From assembly GCA_030295235.1 (NCBI GenBank), contig AP026124.1, positions 434,001 to 498,000 of the forward strand: a DNA stretch of 64,000 nt, written 5' to 3'. Shown one piece after another: positions 47,812 through 59,794 of this stretch; positions within the stretch are counted from its first letter, which is position 1, and each line of letters begins with the position of its first letter. The position numbers and the translations under genes are program-made. Source of the DNA: Fistulifera solaris (Eukaryota). Under the pieces are notes generated by a model that saw only the letters and a list, made by a program, of their open reading frames with translations, searched no databases and was not told the DNA's origin.

Positions 47812-48909
47812 TTAGAAGTACTTGGTACCAAAGACGTCTCGGTCGTGTTGTCGTTTACGTTTCGATCGTGTCGTCAGTTTCACCGACCCATCAGATTCAA
47901 TGTTGGGACGATCTAAGCGGTTCGCGTAGGGAGGCTCTAGTACAGCTCGTTGAGCTTCGGTCAAATCTTCGTAGATTCCTTTGGGCCATGTTGACTCTCC
48001 ATCAGCCATGTAGGATCTCCCGTAGCTGCATGTTGCGGGTGCAAAGCGATACAAGCAGGCTCGCCGTTGTCGATTCTCTGGTGTCCACGCCAAAGCTCCG
48101 TGGACCGTACCCTCCGAGAACAAAACGACATCGCCTGCTTTTGTGACAGGCTGAATGATGTACTCGCTGTACAGTTCTCCGTCACGCATACCGTCGGGCA
48201 TTTTAAAATTCGATTTATGACTACCGGGGACTACACAAAATCCACCGTCACCGGGATTGTGATCAGTGAGCATGACGTTGCATCCTAACAAGACCGATCG
48301 AATGGTTCCTTGGAAGCAACTGTAGGCCAGGTTCGGATTGTATTCCCCGGTCTCGCAGTCGATGGTCCCTCCGTGTAACTGAAAGCCTTCTGCACCATGA
48401 TCTTGGCATAAAACGAAGGGTAAATGATCCATTCGATACCCTTTACCGAGAATTCCATGAAAGAGAGGAACAAGACGTGGATGCCCCAAGATGGATTTAA
48501 ATACTTTGGATTCGGCTCCCCATTCTAAAACTCGTCCCAAATCTTTACGTCCCGGTCCAGATCCGTACAACTTTGTTCCTTGAACAGCATTCCGTAACGC
48601 CGCATCCGATCGTTCTACCATCTCATGTTCGTGTCGATCAATGACCTCATTGGCTTCTCGAACTTCTTCGGGTGTCAAAACACCCCGAATTACTATAAAA
48701 CCATTCAAATCAAACAAATATCGTTCTGCCTCCGTCATTTCAGTAGGAAATGACTGTGTAGATAACGGAGCGGCCGACATGATACGGTTGTCGGCAGCAA
48801 CGGAAAGGACTGTTTTATTGACACGAGACGGCTTGGCGATGACAGTCAACGATCTCACTGCGCTCGTTGTCAATAGAACCGATTTTGCCAGCGTGTTCAT
48901 GAAGCGCAT
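47812..48909 (-). CDS. Phytanoyl-CoA dioxygenase (PhyH) family Fe(II)/2-oxoglutarate oxygenase
   Basis: YLFDLNGFIVIRGVL, LHGG, GGFCVVPGSHK, KAGDVVLFSEGTVHG, RR. Confidence 0.88.
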   Translation of the reverse strand: MRFMNTLAKSVLLTTSAVRSLTVIAKPSRVNKTVLSVAADNRIMSAAPLSTQSFPTEMTEAERYLFDLNGFIVIRGVLTPEEVREANEVIDRHEHEMVERSDAALRNAVQGTKLYGSGPGRKDLGRVLEWGAESKVFKSILGHPRLVPLFHGILGKGYRMDHLPFVLCQDHGAEGFQLHGGTIDCETGEYNPNLAYSCFQGTIRSVLLGCNVMLTDHNPGDGGFCVVPGSHKSNFKMPDGMRDGELYSEYIIQPVTKAGDVVLFSEGTVHGALAWTPENRQRRACLYRFAPATCSYGRSYMADGESTWPKGIYEDLTEAQRAVLEPPYANRLDRPNIESDGSVKLTTRSKRKRQHDRDVFGTKYF

Positions 48910-49063
48910 TGCTTGTTGCTGCTGAGACTCTAAGCGGCGAGGGACTCTACGAGCACGACGAGATGAACTGTAAACAATACTGATAATGGACCCATTGCTA
49001 TCACTTTACTTCTTTCTCTTTCATTGTCGTCCTTTATTTTGCGGGAAAATCAAAACGGGGGGG

Positions 49064-49090
49064 CTGAGTCACTTTCCAGAGGTGACGTCA
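49064..49090. promoter_or_regulatory. Adjacent AP-1-like (TGAGTCA) and CRE-like (TGACGTCA) bZIP sites in the PhyH/GH161 divergent promoter
   Basis: Sequence match only; another TGACGTCA at 38328 and TGACGTGG near 45701, both in upstream regions. Confidence 0.25.
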
Positions 49091-49509
49091 TGCAATGGCC
49101 TTCCCTCGCCCAATAAGTTTCGCAGATAGCGGAGAACTCAAAACCTTTGTGACAGATGGGATCTTTTCACCATCTGTCAAAGAGGTGCGATCCGATAACA
49201 TTGACTGTGGCGTAAAAGGTACTCAGATCCACAAGATCTTTGCACCCCGTCGTTTTGTTCGCCAGGCATTTTCTCCTTTCGCTTCAACTATTTTTCTCTT
49301 TCCGCTTCGATCCATCGGAAGATCATTGTTGCAGAGAGTATAGAATTTTTCAAGCTGTTTTTGAATTGAGAAGCCTTACATTGATTGCGTTCTCTCCAGA
49401 AGCATCTATTTTACGGAAGAACGGCGCATCGGTTGAATCAAGCGACTGGCATTAACTGTAAGCTCGAGATTCGAAACGAGAACCCTCTTTGACAGTATTG
49501 CACGTTAGC

Positions 49510-52500
49510 ATGTCGAACAACAATTCCTCCTACCAAAAGTACGACGGGAACACCGGTACTTACACTTCGGCGGATTCGAGCTTCAACGAAGCTCCACGAG
49601 GAAAGCAGAAATGGCTCATTGGAGCTGTGATTGTTGCCGCTGTAGGCATAGTCTACGGATTGACATTCCCCAAGCATAATTCGCAACAAAACATTGATAA
49701 AGTCATGAAGGCAGATACCAGTGTTGACATTGGATCGAACGGAAAGCTCAAGCTTTTGACGATCTAAGTAAGTTGTTAATGCGGCTCGGAGAGTACTGAG
49801 AAAATATTGTGCCCATTCTTTGTCGTGTTTCACGGTCGCCTGTTTGTGTATCCGCTGTTTAATGTTTCTCACCAGCTATTATTAATCTCTCGCTCGCAGA
49901 TCGCTACGTCCTCGAGGATTATGATGCCAAGTCAACCTTCTCTTCTTTTTTTACCGGGTGTGGCGGGCTATTTCGGTAAGCCGGTCTGGGCGTTTTACGT
50001 CAACCGGGGTCAAGTGATGAGTACCTTTGGGACCGAGTCGAAAGATTACCCAATGCTGGAGTTTAATCCGGCCAACAAAGCGTATCAGAATACGCCCTAC
50101 TTGGGTTTTCGTACCTTTGTGCATGGAACGCGGAGTGGTTCTTCTTTCTTGGTCGAGCCGTTCTCTCCGGAAGGGACGCGCAACCTAGAGGATAGTAACG
50201 ACGACGTTTCGAAACCCAAGCGTGTCCTTTATGTTGGGACGAACGAAGTAGAGATTCAAGAGGTGGATGGCGTGAACGAAATGAGTACCAAGGTTCAGTA
50301 CTTTATCATGCCCGAAGAGAACTTTGCATCGCTGGTTCGTCGAACTACATTTACGAACAATGGAAATACCGACTTGACCATTTCAGTACTGGACGGAAAT
50401 GCCCGGATGGAACCATATGGTGGTCAATTGGATTGGGGACTGAAGCAAATGGGACGTACCCTCGAAGGTTGGATGGGAGTGTACCATGCCGATGACACGT
50501 TGACAATGCCTTTCTACAAATTGTCGACGGAACCCACCGACACTGCTGATGTCAAAATTGAAGTATCTGGTCATTATTGTCTCTCGTTTATTGAAAGAGC
50601 CGACAAGACTGCTGAGCTCTTGCCTATTGTGTTCGACACGCAAAAGGTTTTCGGAATGGACACAGCTCTCTTTACACCAGCTGGTCTGAGATCCAGCAGT
50701 ATCGAAAAGATTTTGGAAAATCCGCAGTACGGATGGGCAAAGACTTCGTCTGCTTTTGCTGCAGTTTCCCAAGTGACATTGAAACCCGGTGAGAATATCA
50801 CAGTGGCTTCTGTGTACGGCAAGGCTGACACCATTGAACAATTACCAACTATTAGCAGCCGTATCACCTCTCCCAATTTCATTAAGACGAAGCTGGATCG
50901 CGCTCGTTCGCTAATCGATGCTTTGACGGCTGGTGTGGAAACCAAGACAGCCAATCATCTCTTTGATGGTACAGTGAAGCAGATGTTTCTGGACAATAGT
51001 CTTCGTGGAGGTGTTCCGACTATTTTGGGTAATGTCGATAGTGATGCCACCTATGACGAAGATCCAGCTGTCAAAGTATTTCACGCATTTTCGCGTATCC
51101 ACGGTGATCTGGAACGTGACTACAATGCATTTAAAATTGAACCGACTTTTTTCTCGCAGGGACCCGGTAACTACCGTGATGTTGCCCAGAATCGTCGAAA
51201 CGATGTGACGTTCTTCCCTCGAATGGGGTCGTTTAACATCCAGATGTTCTTATCATTTATCCAAGCCGATGGATACGAACCGCTAACAGTTGAAGCCGTT
51301 GCCTACCGGTTTGAAGATCCTCAAGTGGCCATTGATGTAGCGAAAAAGGTGACTGCCGATGCGCAAAGCGCGGATGTACTTGCCAAGGTTTTGAATGGAG
51401 GCCCGTTCCGCCCAGGCCAAATTTTCAGCCTTTGCGACCAGCTAAATATTAAGCGTGACACGAGCTTGACTGATTTTGAATTCATCAACACAATCGTAAA
51501 ACAGACCGAGGACCATGCAATGGCTGTCTACGGACAAGGCTATTGGTTAGTAGAATCTGTACAGCACATTATTTTGATGGATTATATGTCTCACTTTGTC
51601 ATGTATTTCTCTCCTTTAGGGGCGATCACTGGGATTATTACATCGATTTGATCGAGGCTTACCTGGCCATTTACCCTGATGGCGAGGGAGGAGCTCATGT
51701 ATGACAAGCCTCTTAAGTACTTCTTCTCAACTGCTACTGTAAAAGCCGCGCAGCGAGAAATATGTATTGACTTTGACGTATGATGGAACTTCCCATCATG
51801 TGCAACAGTTGGATGCTACTTTCTTCGACGATCACAAGGTGAACGAACAGGAAGCATTCCGCAATCAGAACACAGGGCTTATCAGCATCGAGGCGAATTG
51901 GCAACGTACGAACGAAGGTGAAGCTTTCCGAAGTAACGCCATTTCTAAACTGTTTCTGTTGGGTGCTCAGAAATTTGCGATGCGTGATGCTTACGGTATG
52001 GGGGTCGAGTATGAAGGAGGACGCCCTGGTTGGCTGGACAGCATGAACGGTCTTCCTGGAATGATCGGATCTGGTATGCCTGAGTAAGTAAATTGGATCT
52101 TTGTCATGTGTACCTTGCATCGCAACAGTATCGTCTCACGAGCTAATAATGTTAATACTTAGGACCTACGAACTTCTTCTATTGCTGCAATACGTGAAGA
52201 AGGTTGTTGATACGTACGATCGTGCTCTGGAGATTCCAGAGGAGCTACACAAAATGTTACGTACCGTCAACAAGGCTTTGGATACTCTGGAGGAATCGGG
52301 TTATTTGGACGCTGAAGATTTATCGGAAGATGTCCCTAAGCCCCTCTTTGAATATTGGGATATTGTTGCCGCTGCCCGTGAAAGCTACAGAAACGATGTT
52401 CAATATTACTTCTCTGGAAATACCACAGTCCTTTCGGCTCATCAGGTTTCAAAGATGGTGGGGCGATGGATCGAACAGGTAGAGTTAGGCATCAAACGAT

Positions 52501-53458
52501 CGTTCCATTTCGCGACAACAGGATTTGGTGACGACGGGACAAGTGGCATCCCCGCCTGTTTCTTTGCGTTCGAAGTGACCGACTGGAAACTTAACGATGG
52601 CAAGACTCCTAAAGGTCTACCAACAGTTAACGCCCTAGCTATGAAAGTAAAGAACTTCCCTCTCTTTTTGGAAGCACCTGTCAGATACATGAAGACGATC
52701 CAAGATCAAAAAGACAAGATGCTTGATATGTACGAACGTGTTTTGGATTCTGGCTTACGCGATGATTATCTGAAAATGTATTACTTGTCTGCCAGTTTGA
52801 AAGGACAAACGTTCGACATGGGCCGTCAGATTGCGTTTGCTCCTGGCTGGCTTGAAAATCAAAGTATTTGGATGCATATGTCCTACAAGTATTACTTGCA
52901 GCTGATTCGAGGAAAGCTTTACGACCAGTTTTTCTCTGAGATGAAGGGAGGTGGAATTCTTCCGTTCATGGATCCCGACGTTTATGGACGCTCTCTTATG
53001 GAATGCTCCTCGTTTATCGCGTCTTCAGCGTTCCCAGACCCTTCTATTGTCGGTGAAGGGTTTCTCGCTCGTCTCAGTGGATCGACTGCGGAGTTCATGG
53101 ACATCTGGAAGCTCATGTTCATTGGACCTAAACCGTTCTTTTGAACGAGAAGGGTCATTTGCATATGCAACTTGTTCCCAGTCTCCCATCTTGGCTTTTC
53201 GAAGACCCCGAAAGCGGTTCGAAGCCTTATTATGACGATGACGGCAACCACGTCGTCAAGTTCAATCTCTTTGGTACAATCCCAGTTACGTATCATAATC
53301 CCGGCGGAAAAAATTTGTATGGGGTTAGCCCAAACAGCTACAAAGTGACGATGAAGGATGGCTCGACGTTGGATTTCGATACTCCAACTATCCCAACTGA
53401 GACCGCTGAAGCCATTCGTCGCATTGCCACAGTTGACTCGATTGATGCCTACTTTTGA
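49510..53458 (+). CDS. GH161 beta-1,3-glucan phosphorylase with N-terminal TM anchor; introns 49768-49899, 51546-51619, 52084-52162; frameshifts ~49755, ~49948, ~51686, ~51742, ~53140
   Basis: AFYVNRGQ, FLDNSLRGG, FSRIHGDLERDYN, GNYRDVAQNRRND, IQADGYEPL, YWGDHW, EGGRPGWLDSMNGLPG, GWLENQSIWMHMSYKY, ARLSGSTAEF. Confidence 0.85.
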
Positions 53459-53545
53459 ACTAGTCGATGTTTTTTATGTTGCGAAGATATTTATCACGCC
53501 ATTATAAGTTAGTTTTAAACGGTTGGGAGAAAACGCGGATACGGA

Positions 53546-54622
53546 TCAATCTTCCATATTGGTTTCGGGGCCCAACTTTTCTAACTTGTTTTTGACCGTC
53601 TCGATCTGGCAAATTACTTCTTCCAGCTCCTGGTTCAATTCTTCCTCTTCGTCATCATCCTCGATGCCTAGCTGTTGCTGTTCATCCAGAGACTTTTGTA
53701 CTGTTACCAGCATTTCTAGCGCTCGTTCCCAGTAGTGCTGGGCTAATTCTGAATTCATCAATGCAGCAAATGCATCACCGATTAGTGCCCATACCTCCAC
53801 AACCTCATCGTTTTCGGCTAGAAGGCTCCCCAATACATCGATTGCCGCCTGTAAACAAACCTCTGGTTTTTGCTCAAGCGAAGCACACTCGAGCAGTATT
53901 TTGGCCGTTTCGCAACGAAATTCGTATTCGGGAAGATTCTGTACATTTTCTACTTGCACCAGCTCGACGGCATGCTGTTCCGATGCTGGATCCTCACGCA
54001 ATCCGACCAATTTCGCCAGCGCCTGACATCCTTCTTTCATCGATTCAAAAGCTTTCAGTATCATGTCCACTGCATCAGCTGGTCGGCGTTGAGACAACCG
54101 TAGACTCGCGCATGTTTGTAGGGCATCGGGTAAATTGCTGTCAATCTGCAGAGCTTGTTGAAGGTATGTCTCGCATTGCTGCTCCGCATCGTCCGCAAAA
54201 CACAAATCAGTCAAATATAGTTCCGCAGCGGTACAATATACAGTGGCTAATTGTCGTCTATCATCTATTTTTTCCAAATATTCGATCGCTTGCCTATAAA
54301 ATGCCAACGCCTCTTCCCCTTGGCTCAGTTGTCCCATATACATCAACAGTCCAGCCTGACGCTCCGGTTCTTTCACCAAAGCCAAGGCACACTCATAATC
54401 TTTCATAGCTTCATCAATTTGTTGCAATGAAACGTGTATAGTCGCTCGTTTTTCGTGTATATCGACGAGAAGCGACGGATCTTGGGTGCTTTGGAGGGCC
54501 GCCCCAAAAATACGGAGAGCTTGCTCGGGATCGGCAGCTTGATCGGCAGCTTCCACCAATTGCTCTACGCTCACTTGCGGTTTCGCCTTTTTATTTTGTT
54601 TGTTCTTTTTTGCGGAAGGCAT
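53546..54622 (-). CDS. ACL4: TPR assembly chaperone of ribosomal protein L4 (Acl4-like)
   Basis: MYMGQLSQG, AELYLTDLCFADDAEQQCE, PDALQTCASLRLSQ, PEYEFR, ENDEVVEVWALIG. Confidence 0.75.
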   Translation of the reverse strand: MPSAKKNKQNKKAKPQVSVEQLVEAADQAADPEQALRIFGAALQSTQDPSLLVDIHEKRATIHVSLQQIDEAMKDYECALALVKEPERQAGLLMYMGQLSQGEEALAFYRQAIEYLEKIDDRRQLATVYCTAAELYLTDLCFADDAEQQCETYLQQALQIDSNLPDALQTCASLRLSQRRPADAVDMILKAFESMKEGCQALAKLVGLREDPASEQHAVELVQVENVQNLPEYEFRCETAKILLECASLEQKPEVCLQAAIDVLGSLLAENDEVVEVWALIGDAFAALMNSELAQHYWERALEMLVTVQKSLDEQQQLGIEDDDEEEELNQELEEVICQIETVKNKLEKLGPETNMED

Positions 54623-54874
54623 ATTGGATGGATCGGATGTAAGACACGTTGTTGTTTCCCTGATTTCATGGAAATGAATTTGGTCGGCAGAAAGCAGAAA
54701 CCAAAAGTAATTTGAGTGGTGAACGTCCATCCGTCGTCCCTGTTTTTGACGCGCACGACTGACGATGATATTATTATAACGTCGTTAAACACCAACAACC
54801 ATCTTCATTCGTATTTTTGTCTTCTTATCGAACCTACTTGTCGTCCCTCCTCTTGTTTTATCTTTACTATTATC

Positions 54875-55900
54875 ATGTCATCTACAACGAACGATCCATG
54901 GGCATGGTTGGGTCTGCTGAAATGGAGCTTGGCGTACTCAGACGGCACTTCGCCGTCGGCGGCCCATCCACTCAGTGACGCCGATCGAGAATTTCTCGAA
55001 AAGGTCATGAAAGAAGGAATCATTAATGAGGGAGATCGCATGAAAACCATTTTAGAGGAAGTGACAATGCAGTTTCAAAAGTGGAAGGACACAAAGCGTT
55101 ATACGCAAGAAGAAGACGATCAAGTCTCGGATCTTTTACAAGAACTTCGTGACATTGTCGAACAAATCGATTACGCGACGGCATTCTGCTCGTTACAGGG
55201 TATTCCTTTTCTATTAGGCTGCGTACAGGAAACAGAATGTATACCACGATCCTCTCGGTTAATTTGTTTGGGTATTTTGGCCACTCTCTGTCAAAACAAC
55301 CCTGAAGTACAAAAACAATTGCTGGAACGTGGTGCCCTGCAAATCTTAAGTGATTTGTTCTTTGCGACTACCGACGATGGAGAATTGCGTTCTCGAATAT
55401 TACAAGCAATTAGCGCCAACGTGCGGTCGTATGATCTGGCTGAGGCTGTATTCGATCAGCTCGAGCAGTCTGTTACATTGCTGCAAGAAGGACTTTCGGA
55501 TCCGTCGACTGTGTCACGAGCACTCTTTATGCTGCGAGCTCTACTCACGTCGGATTCTACCAGTCGCTTTCGAATGACGCGTTTCCAGTCGTGCGTCTTG
55601 TATGCATTGGATAATTTTTGTGGAGAATTGTCCGATATACATTTGCGTGAGGTGACTTTGGAGCTCGTTCAACAGATACTGATCCAGAAGGTCAGCGTCA
55701 ATCCAATTCTCTCAAGGAAAAACGCATTGGTTGTCACGGGAGTTGCTAGGGTGTCAGAACTGCGAAAGCTTGCTAGCGACGATACTGCCCTGGAGCTCAA
55801 CTTGTGGGAAGAAGTGATTCAGTTGCTCGCCAGAGCACAACCTGACTTGGTAAATAATGATGTTGCCGAACCTACGGGAAAGGAAGTTCCACCACAATGA
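54875..55900 (+). CDS. FES1: Hsp70 nucleotide-exchange factor Fes1/HspBP1-like (armadillo)
   Basis: GLLKWSL, DREFLEKVM, IVEQIDYA, CQNNPEVQ, AISANVR. Confidence 0.8.
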   Translation: MSSTTNDPWAWLGLLKWSLAYSDGTSPSAAHPLSDADREFLEKVMKEGIINEGDRMKTILEEVTMQFQKWKDTKRYTQEEDDQVSDLLQELRDIVEQIDYATAFCSLQGIPFLLGCVQETECIPRSSRLICLGILATLCQNNPEVQKQLLERGALQILSDLFFATTDDGELRSRILQAISANVRSYDLAEAVFDQLEQSVTLLQEGLSDPSTVSRALFMLRALLTSDSTSRFRMTRFQSCVLYALDNFCGELSDIHLREVTLELVQQILIQKVSVNPILSRKNALVVTGVARVSELRKLASDDTALELNLWEEVIQLLARAQPDLVNNDVAEPTGKEVPPQ

Positions 55901-56050
55901 GAGAACGCTGGTAGCATCAAGAACTATGAATGCTGGCACCAGTTTTTTTTAGCATTTAGTGAATAGATAAGATGATTAGGACATTCTCACTTTACTTGCA
56001 AATCTACAATAAACAAAAAGATGATGAAAGTGTAAAGTTGTTCCTATTGT

Positions 56051-56577
56051 TTATTCGTTGAGTGCTGCACGCTTGGCCTTGTGCTTGGCAATAGAAGCAC
56101 CAGTACCACGGACCTTGAGTCCCTTGTTCTTGGCTTCCTTGATAGCCTTTCGCGATTGTTCTTTCTTTTCGGCAAATCCCTGACGCACTTGTCGGTGCAA
56201 CGGCTCGAACTTGCGCAAAGATTCCTCATTGTCGTAAATCAAGCAAAATCCAGTGGACTTTCCACCTCCAAACTCAGTTCGGAAACCAAACAAGATGGTC
56301 AATTTAGGATCGGCTTTGTACATGCCACCAACAACATCGGCAAGCTCCTTCTTGGAGACATTGGCTCTACCAGGATGAAGCACATCGACGATGAACTGCA
56401 TTCACAGAAAAAATGCGTGAGGAATAAATATCAAAGTATTTAAGAGCACCACTATTGTTGCTGACGAACAGAGAGCCATTCACATCGAATAAATGTCTGA
56501 TTACAACGTACCTGCTTTCTGCTCAGAAGCGGGTTCTTCTTGAATTTACGTGTTTTTACTACAACAGTGGAGCTCAT
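56051..56577 (-). CDS. RPS24: 40S ribosomal protein eS24; intron 56396-56511
   Basis: Spliced [40 protein letters not shown]. Confidence 0.96.
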
Positions 56578-57049
56578 TGTCGCTTTGTATTTATGTTGAA
56601 TAAGAAAGCAAGTTCCGGAGACACAGCAATAGCTACCAAGCAGGTGTTATTCGTAAAGCCGATGAAGTCGAACTGCAGGGTTTGTCGTTGTCGCAGAGAA
56701 AGTTTAGTAGAGCGGTAAAGATTGTGACGGATGAAGAGCCAGACCGGCAGAAACAAAAGGCATTACGCAGAAAGCGTGACACAGAATGATGTCCAGTCAG
56801 GGTTTGAGACTCAACCGTTCAACGTCACACTCCGGAAACACATTTACTATCGGTGTAAACTGAACACGGTCATGGTAGACTTTCTCCGTGAAATTCATGG
56901 CGCGGTGGTACTACTCACTAGATAGTAATTCAAAACAAACGCCTGTCGGCCAAGGGGGAAAATGCCGCCATTCTGCGCGGATGCCGAATGCTCTGTGCAT
57001 GCAGCAAGGCGACAACAGAACCAGTTTTTGACAGCAGAACCAATTTACA

Positions 57050-57712
57050 ATGGTACGTGAGCAAATCGTGAATTTTAATCAAATTCAAGTGCAAATCAGA
57101 TATTTCATACATGATTGTGCAGATAATGACAAGGATAATCGAACAATGCTGTCGGATCGACCTTAGCGCCTCTGGTTGTGAAAATATTCCCCATCAAAGT
57201 TTACAGACGATCGGGTCATATCTTTCGTGTGTTTAGTCGTCATGAGGGCATAATGTCCCTAAGACTTTCTTTTCTAATCATTTCTTCATGTTAATGTGTA
57301 GTCTGGCAAAGGAGGAAAAGGAGGCAAGGGTGGAAAGGGAGGAAAGGCCCCCACCTCGAAGAAAACGCCCCAGTCGCGCTCGAGCAAGGCTGGTTTGCAA
57401 TTTCCCGTTGGTCGTGTGCACCGTTTCCTCAAGAAGTCGGTACACCAAGGACACCGCGTCGGAGCCACCGCTGCTGTATACACTTCAGCCATTCTTGAGT
57501 ACTTGACAGCTGAAGTTCTCGAATTGGCTGGAAATGCGTGCAAAGATTTGAAGGTCAAGCGTATTACTCCTCGGCATTTACAGTTGGCTATTCGTGGTGA
57601 TGAAGAATTGGATGCTTTGATCAAGGCCACCATTGCTGGTGGTGGTGTCATCCCTCACATCCATAAGTCTCTTGTAAACAAAACAGGAAAGGGTAAGAAG
57701 GCCCAATTCTAA
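57050..57712 (+). CDS. H2A.Z: Histone H2A.Z; ATG-only first exon, intron 57053-57301
   Basis: [54 protein letters not shown] donor at 57050-57058 and TAG acceptor before SGKGGK; first-exon position is inferred. Confidence 0.93.
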
Positions 57713-58078
57713 TTTGGGTTGTTCTTGATCCCCAAAGTTGAATTACCCCCAGGCGGCGCGGTATGGATCGTCGCTTTGTTTAATTGTGAACTTAGAAAGC
57801 AAACTACGCGTTTTTACTATTTATCTTTCGTAGTCTAGACGTACACTTAGTCGTTTTTGTATGGAGTAGTGGATTGAACTGAGTGATGGGCCACAAAATC
57901 CTATTCGCGGTTCTCTGAGACGAGAATGCAAAGGGGGAGACACAGTATCAAACCTCAAACATCATTAATGAAACCCAAAACACCTTTCTTTTACTCCGTA
58001 TTACCTTGTAGGGCATTGCGAGCAAAATTTGTCAACATGCACAGCTCGTGGACCTGCAAGACTCAACGAAGCAGTATA

Positions 58079-59410
58079 TCAGTTGGCAGCATTGGTAGCC
58101 GCTGGAACCGCCGAGGCTTTTGTATTTGCTGGCTTTGGCTTTGAAGCGGACCCCGTGCTTGAACCCGATGCACGTCGTTTTCGCTTGGTGGAAGAATTTG
58201 CTGTAGGATTGAAAGCTCGGGTTGGCGGAGGACCCAGACCTGGAATGACGATTCCCCACTGCTTGGCTAAAATCCATTGTACATCTTGTACATCGAGCGC
58301 CGGACTTCCCCTGTGCTGCGCAAGCTCAAACGACTGCTGTGTGACCTTGGTCAAAAAGTCATTGGCGAGTTGCAGAATTTGAGCTTCGGCCGCACTATCC
58401 AGCGTGTAATTCGGATCAATGGTGTTGAGCAATGACTGAATGCGTTCACCTACGGGTGGTACAATTTGTGGACCACCTAGAGACAAGTGGCCTTCCTCAA
58501 TGGTTGGTTGAGGGGTAGGTTCTGCCTTTGCCTGCATAACTGGACGTTGAACTGCCGGTTGAGGTTGGTGATAACTGCTGATCAGCGCGGCTTGGGGGGT
58601 TGGGGCGGATGCCGGAGCTCGGCCAGCCGCAGCAATTGGGTGACTAGAAGCAGAATGAGATCCAGCTGCCGGCTGCATCGGCTGTTGCATCTGTTGCTGT
58701 CGCTGCATTGCTTGTTGCTGCTGTCTTTGTAGCTGTAGCTGTTGTTGCTGCTGCTGGTAATAGGCAGAAGATGAAGCAGGTTGCTGAACGACGCTCGTTG
58801 AAGCATGCATTCGAGAAGTCAAAGACGAAGCACTTGCCGCAGGATTGACATTTGACTGTCCCAGGTTCCTGGGCGACGGAATTGTGGGAGGAGTGGTAGT
58901 AACAGAAGTCGCCGTAGGATGAACCAGAGGCGGCAACCCAGCCGCGGCCCGGGCGGCATTCTGCATCTGTGCAGCCCGCGACTGCTGCTGCTCTTGTGTC
59001 ATCGGTTGCGACTGCTGTTGCTGGATTCCCATGCGATTCGACAACGCAGAAAAATCTTTCCCCTTGGGTCGAGAACCTTGAGGCGCCATTGGATTTGGTG
59101 CGGCTTCAACTGCCGCTTCTGAATCGGAAGGGCGGTGATTGCGTGCACTCATGGCTGCAAAATCTTTGCCCTTCGGACGGTTTGACGGCGAATTCTGAAA
59201 CGCTGGAGCAGGCTGCGAGGGTTGCTGCTGTTGTTGTGGGATCTGTTGCTGAACTTGCTGAGGTTGTTGCTCATCTGGTTGCTGCGGAGGTGCCTGTTGT
59301 TGCTCATGACTCTGCGCTTGCATACGCTGCTGCATTAGCTGCAAAGATTTCCCTCCCTTTCCCGGAGACTTTTGTCCTGATGGAGCATTACCTTGTCCCT
59401 GAGAACTCAT
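58079..59410 (-). CDS. TAF12: TFIID/SAGA subunit TAF12 with Gln-rich N-terminus
   Basis: Histone fold IDPNYTLD..ILQLANDF..LAQHRGS..DVQWILAKQWGIVIPG. Confidence 0.85.
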   Translation of the reverse strand: MSSQGQGNAPSGQKSPGKGGKSLQLMQQRMQAQSHEQQQAPPQQPDEQQPQQVQQQIPQQQQQPSQPAPAFQNSPSNRPKGKDFAAMSARNHRPSDSEAAVEAAPNPMAPQGSRPKGKDFSALSNRMGIQQQQSQPMTQEQQQSRAAQMQNAARAAAGLPPLVHPTATSVTTTPPTIPSPRNLGQSNVNPAASASSLTSRMHASTSVVQQPASSSAYYQQQQQQLQLQRQQQQAMQRQQQMQQPMQPAAGSHSASSHPIAAAGRAPASAPTPQAALISSYHQPQPAVQRPVMQAKAEPTPQPTIEEGHLSLGGPQIVPPVGERIQSLLNTIDPNYTLDSAAEAQILQLANDFLTKVTQQSFELAQHRGSPALDVQDVQWILAKQWGIVIPGLGPPPTRAFNPTANSSTKRKRRASGSSTGSASKPKPANTKASAVPAATNAAN

Positions 59411-59794
59411 TACGTTTCTGCTTTATGATATTGCTTGAAATCTCGATGCGGTAATTTGTTTCGCAAATAATTATTGATCATCAATAAAATAAAATAATGC
59501 AAATCAAAAATGCATCAGTGTGCATGGTGTCGAAAACAAAAAATCGCTCACCGGTATAGGCTGATACACGGTCACCCAAGTTTATAGGAGTAAAATCGTA
59601 GACATTCATTTCACGTCCCATTCTAAACTTATTCATAAAAAAATAACAAATAATATTCTCTCAATCTTTAGGAAAGCGCTACTCCGTACAAGCGATCATC
59701 ATAGCGCTTTGTTTTATTAAAGAGTTATTTTGAAAGGCCATTCAAGTCCTAAAGGAACTCCGTAGCCAACAAATTCCGAACTAAAATTACTTAA

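Noticed and set aside
11900..53160. Genome-wide programmed ribosomal frameshifting
   Set aside because: Shifts go in both directions, occur in all four homopolymer types and share no slippery-plus-stop motif; sequencing error is simpler.
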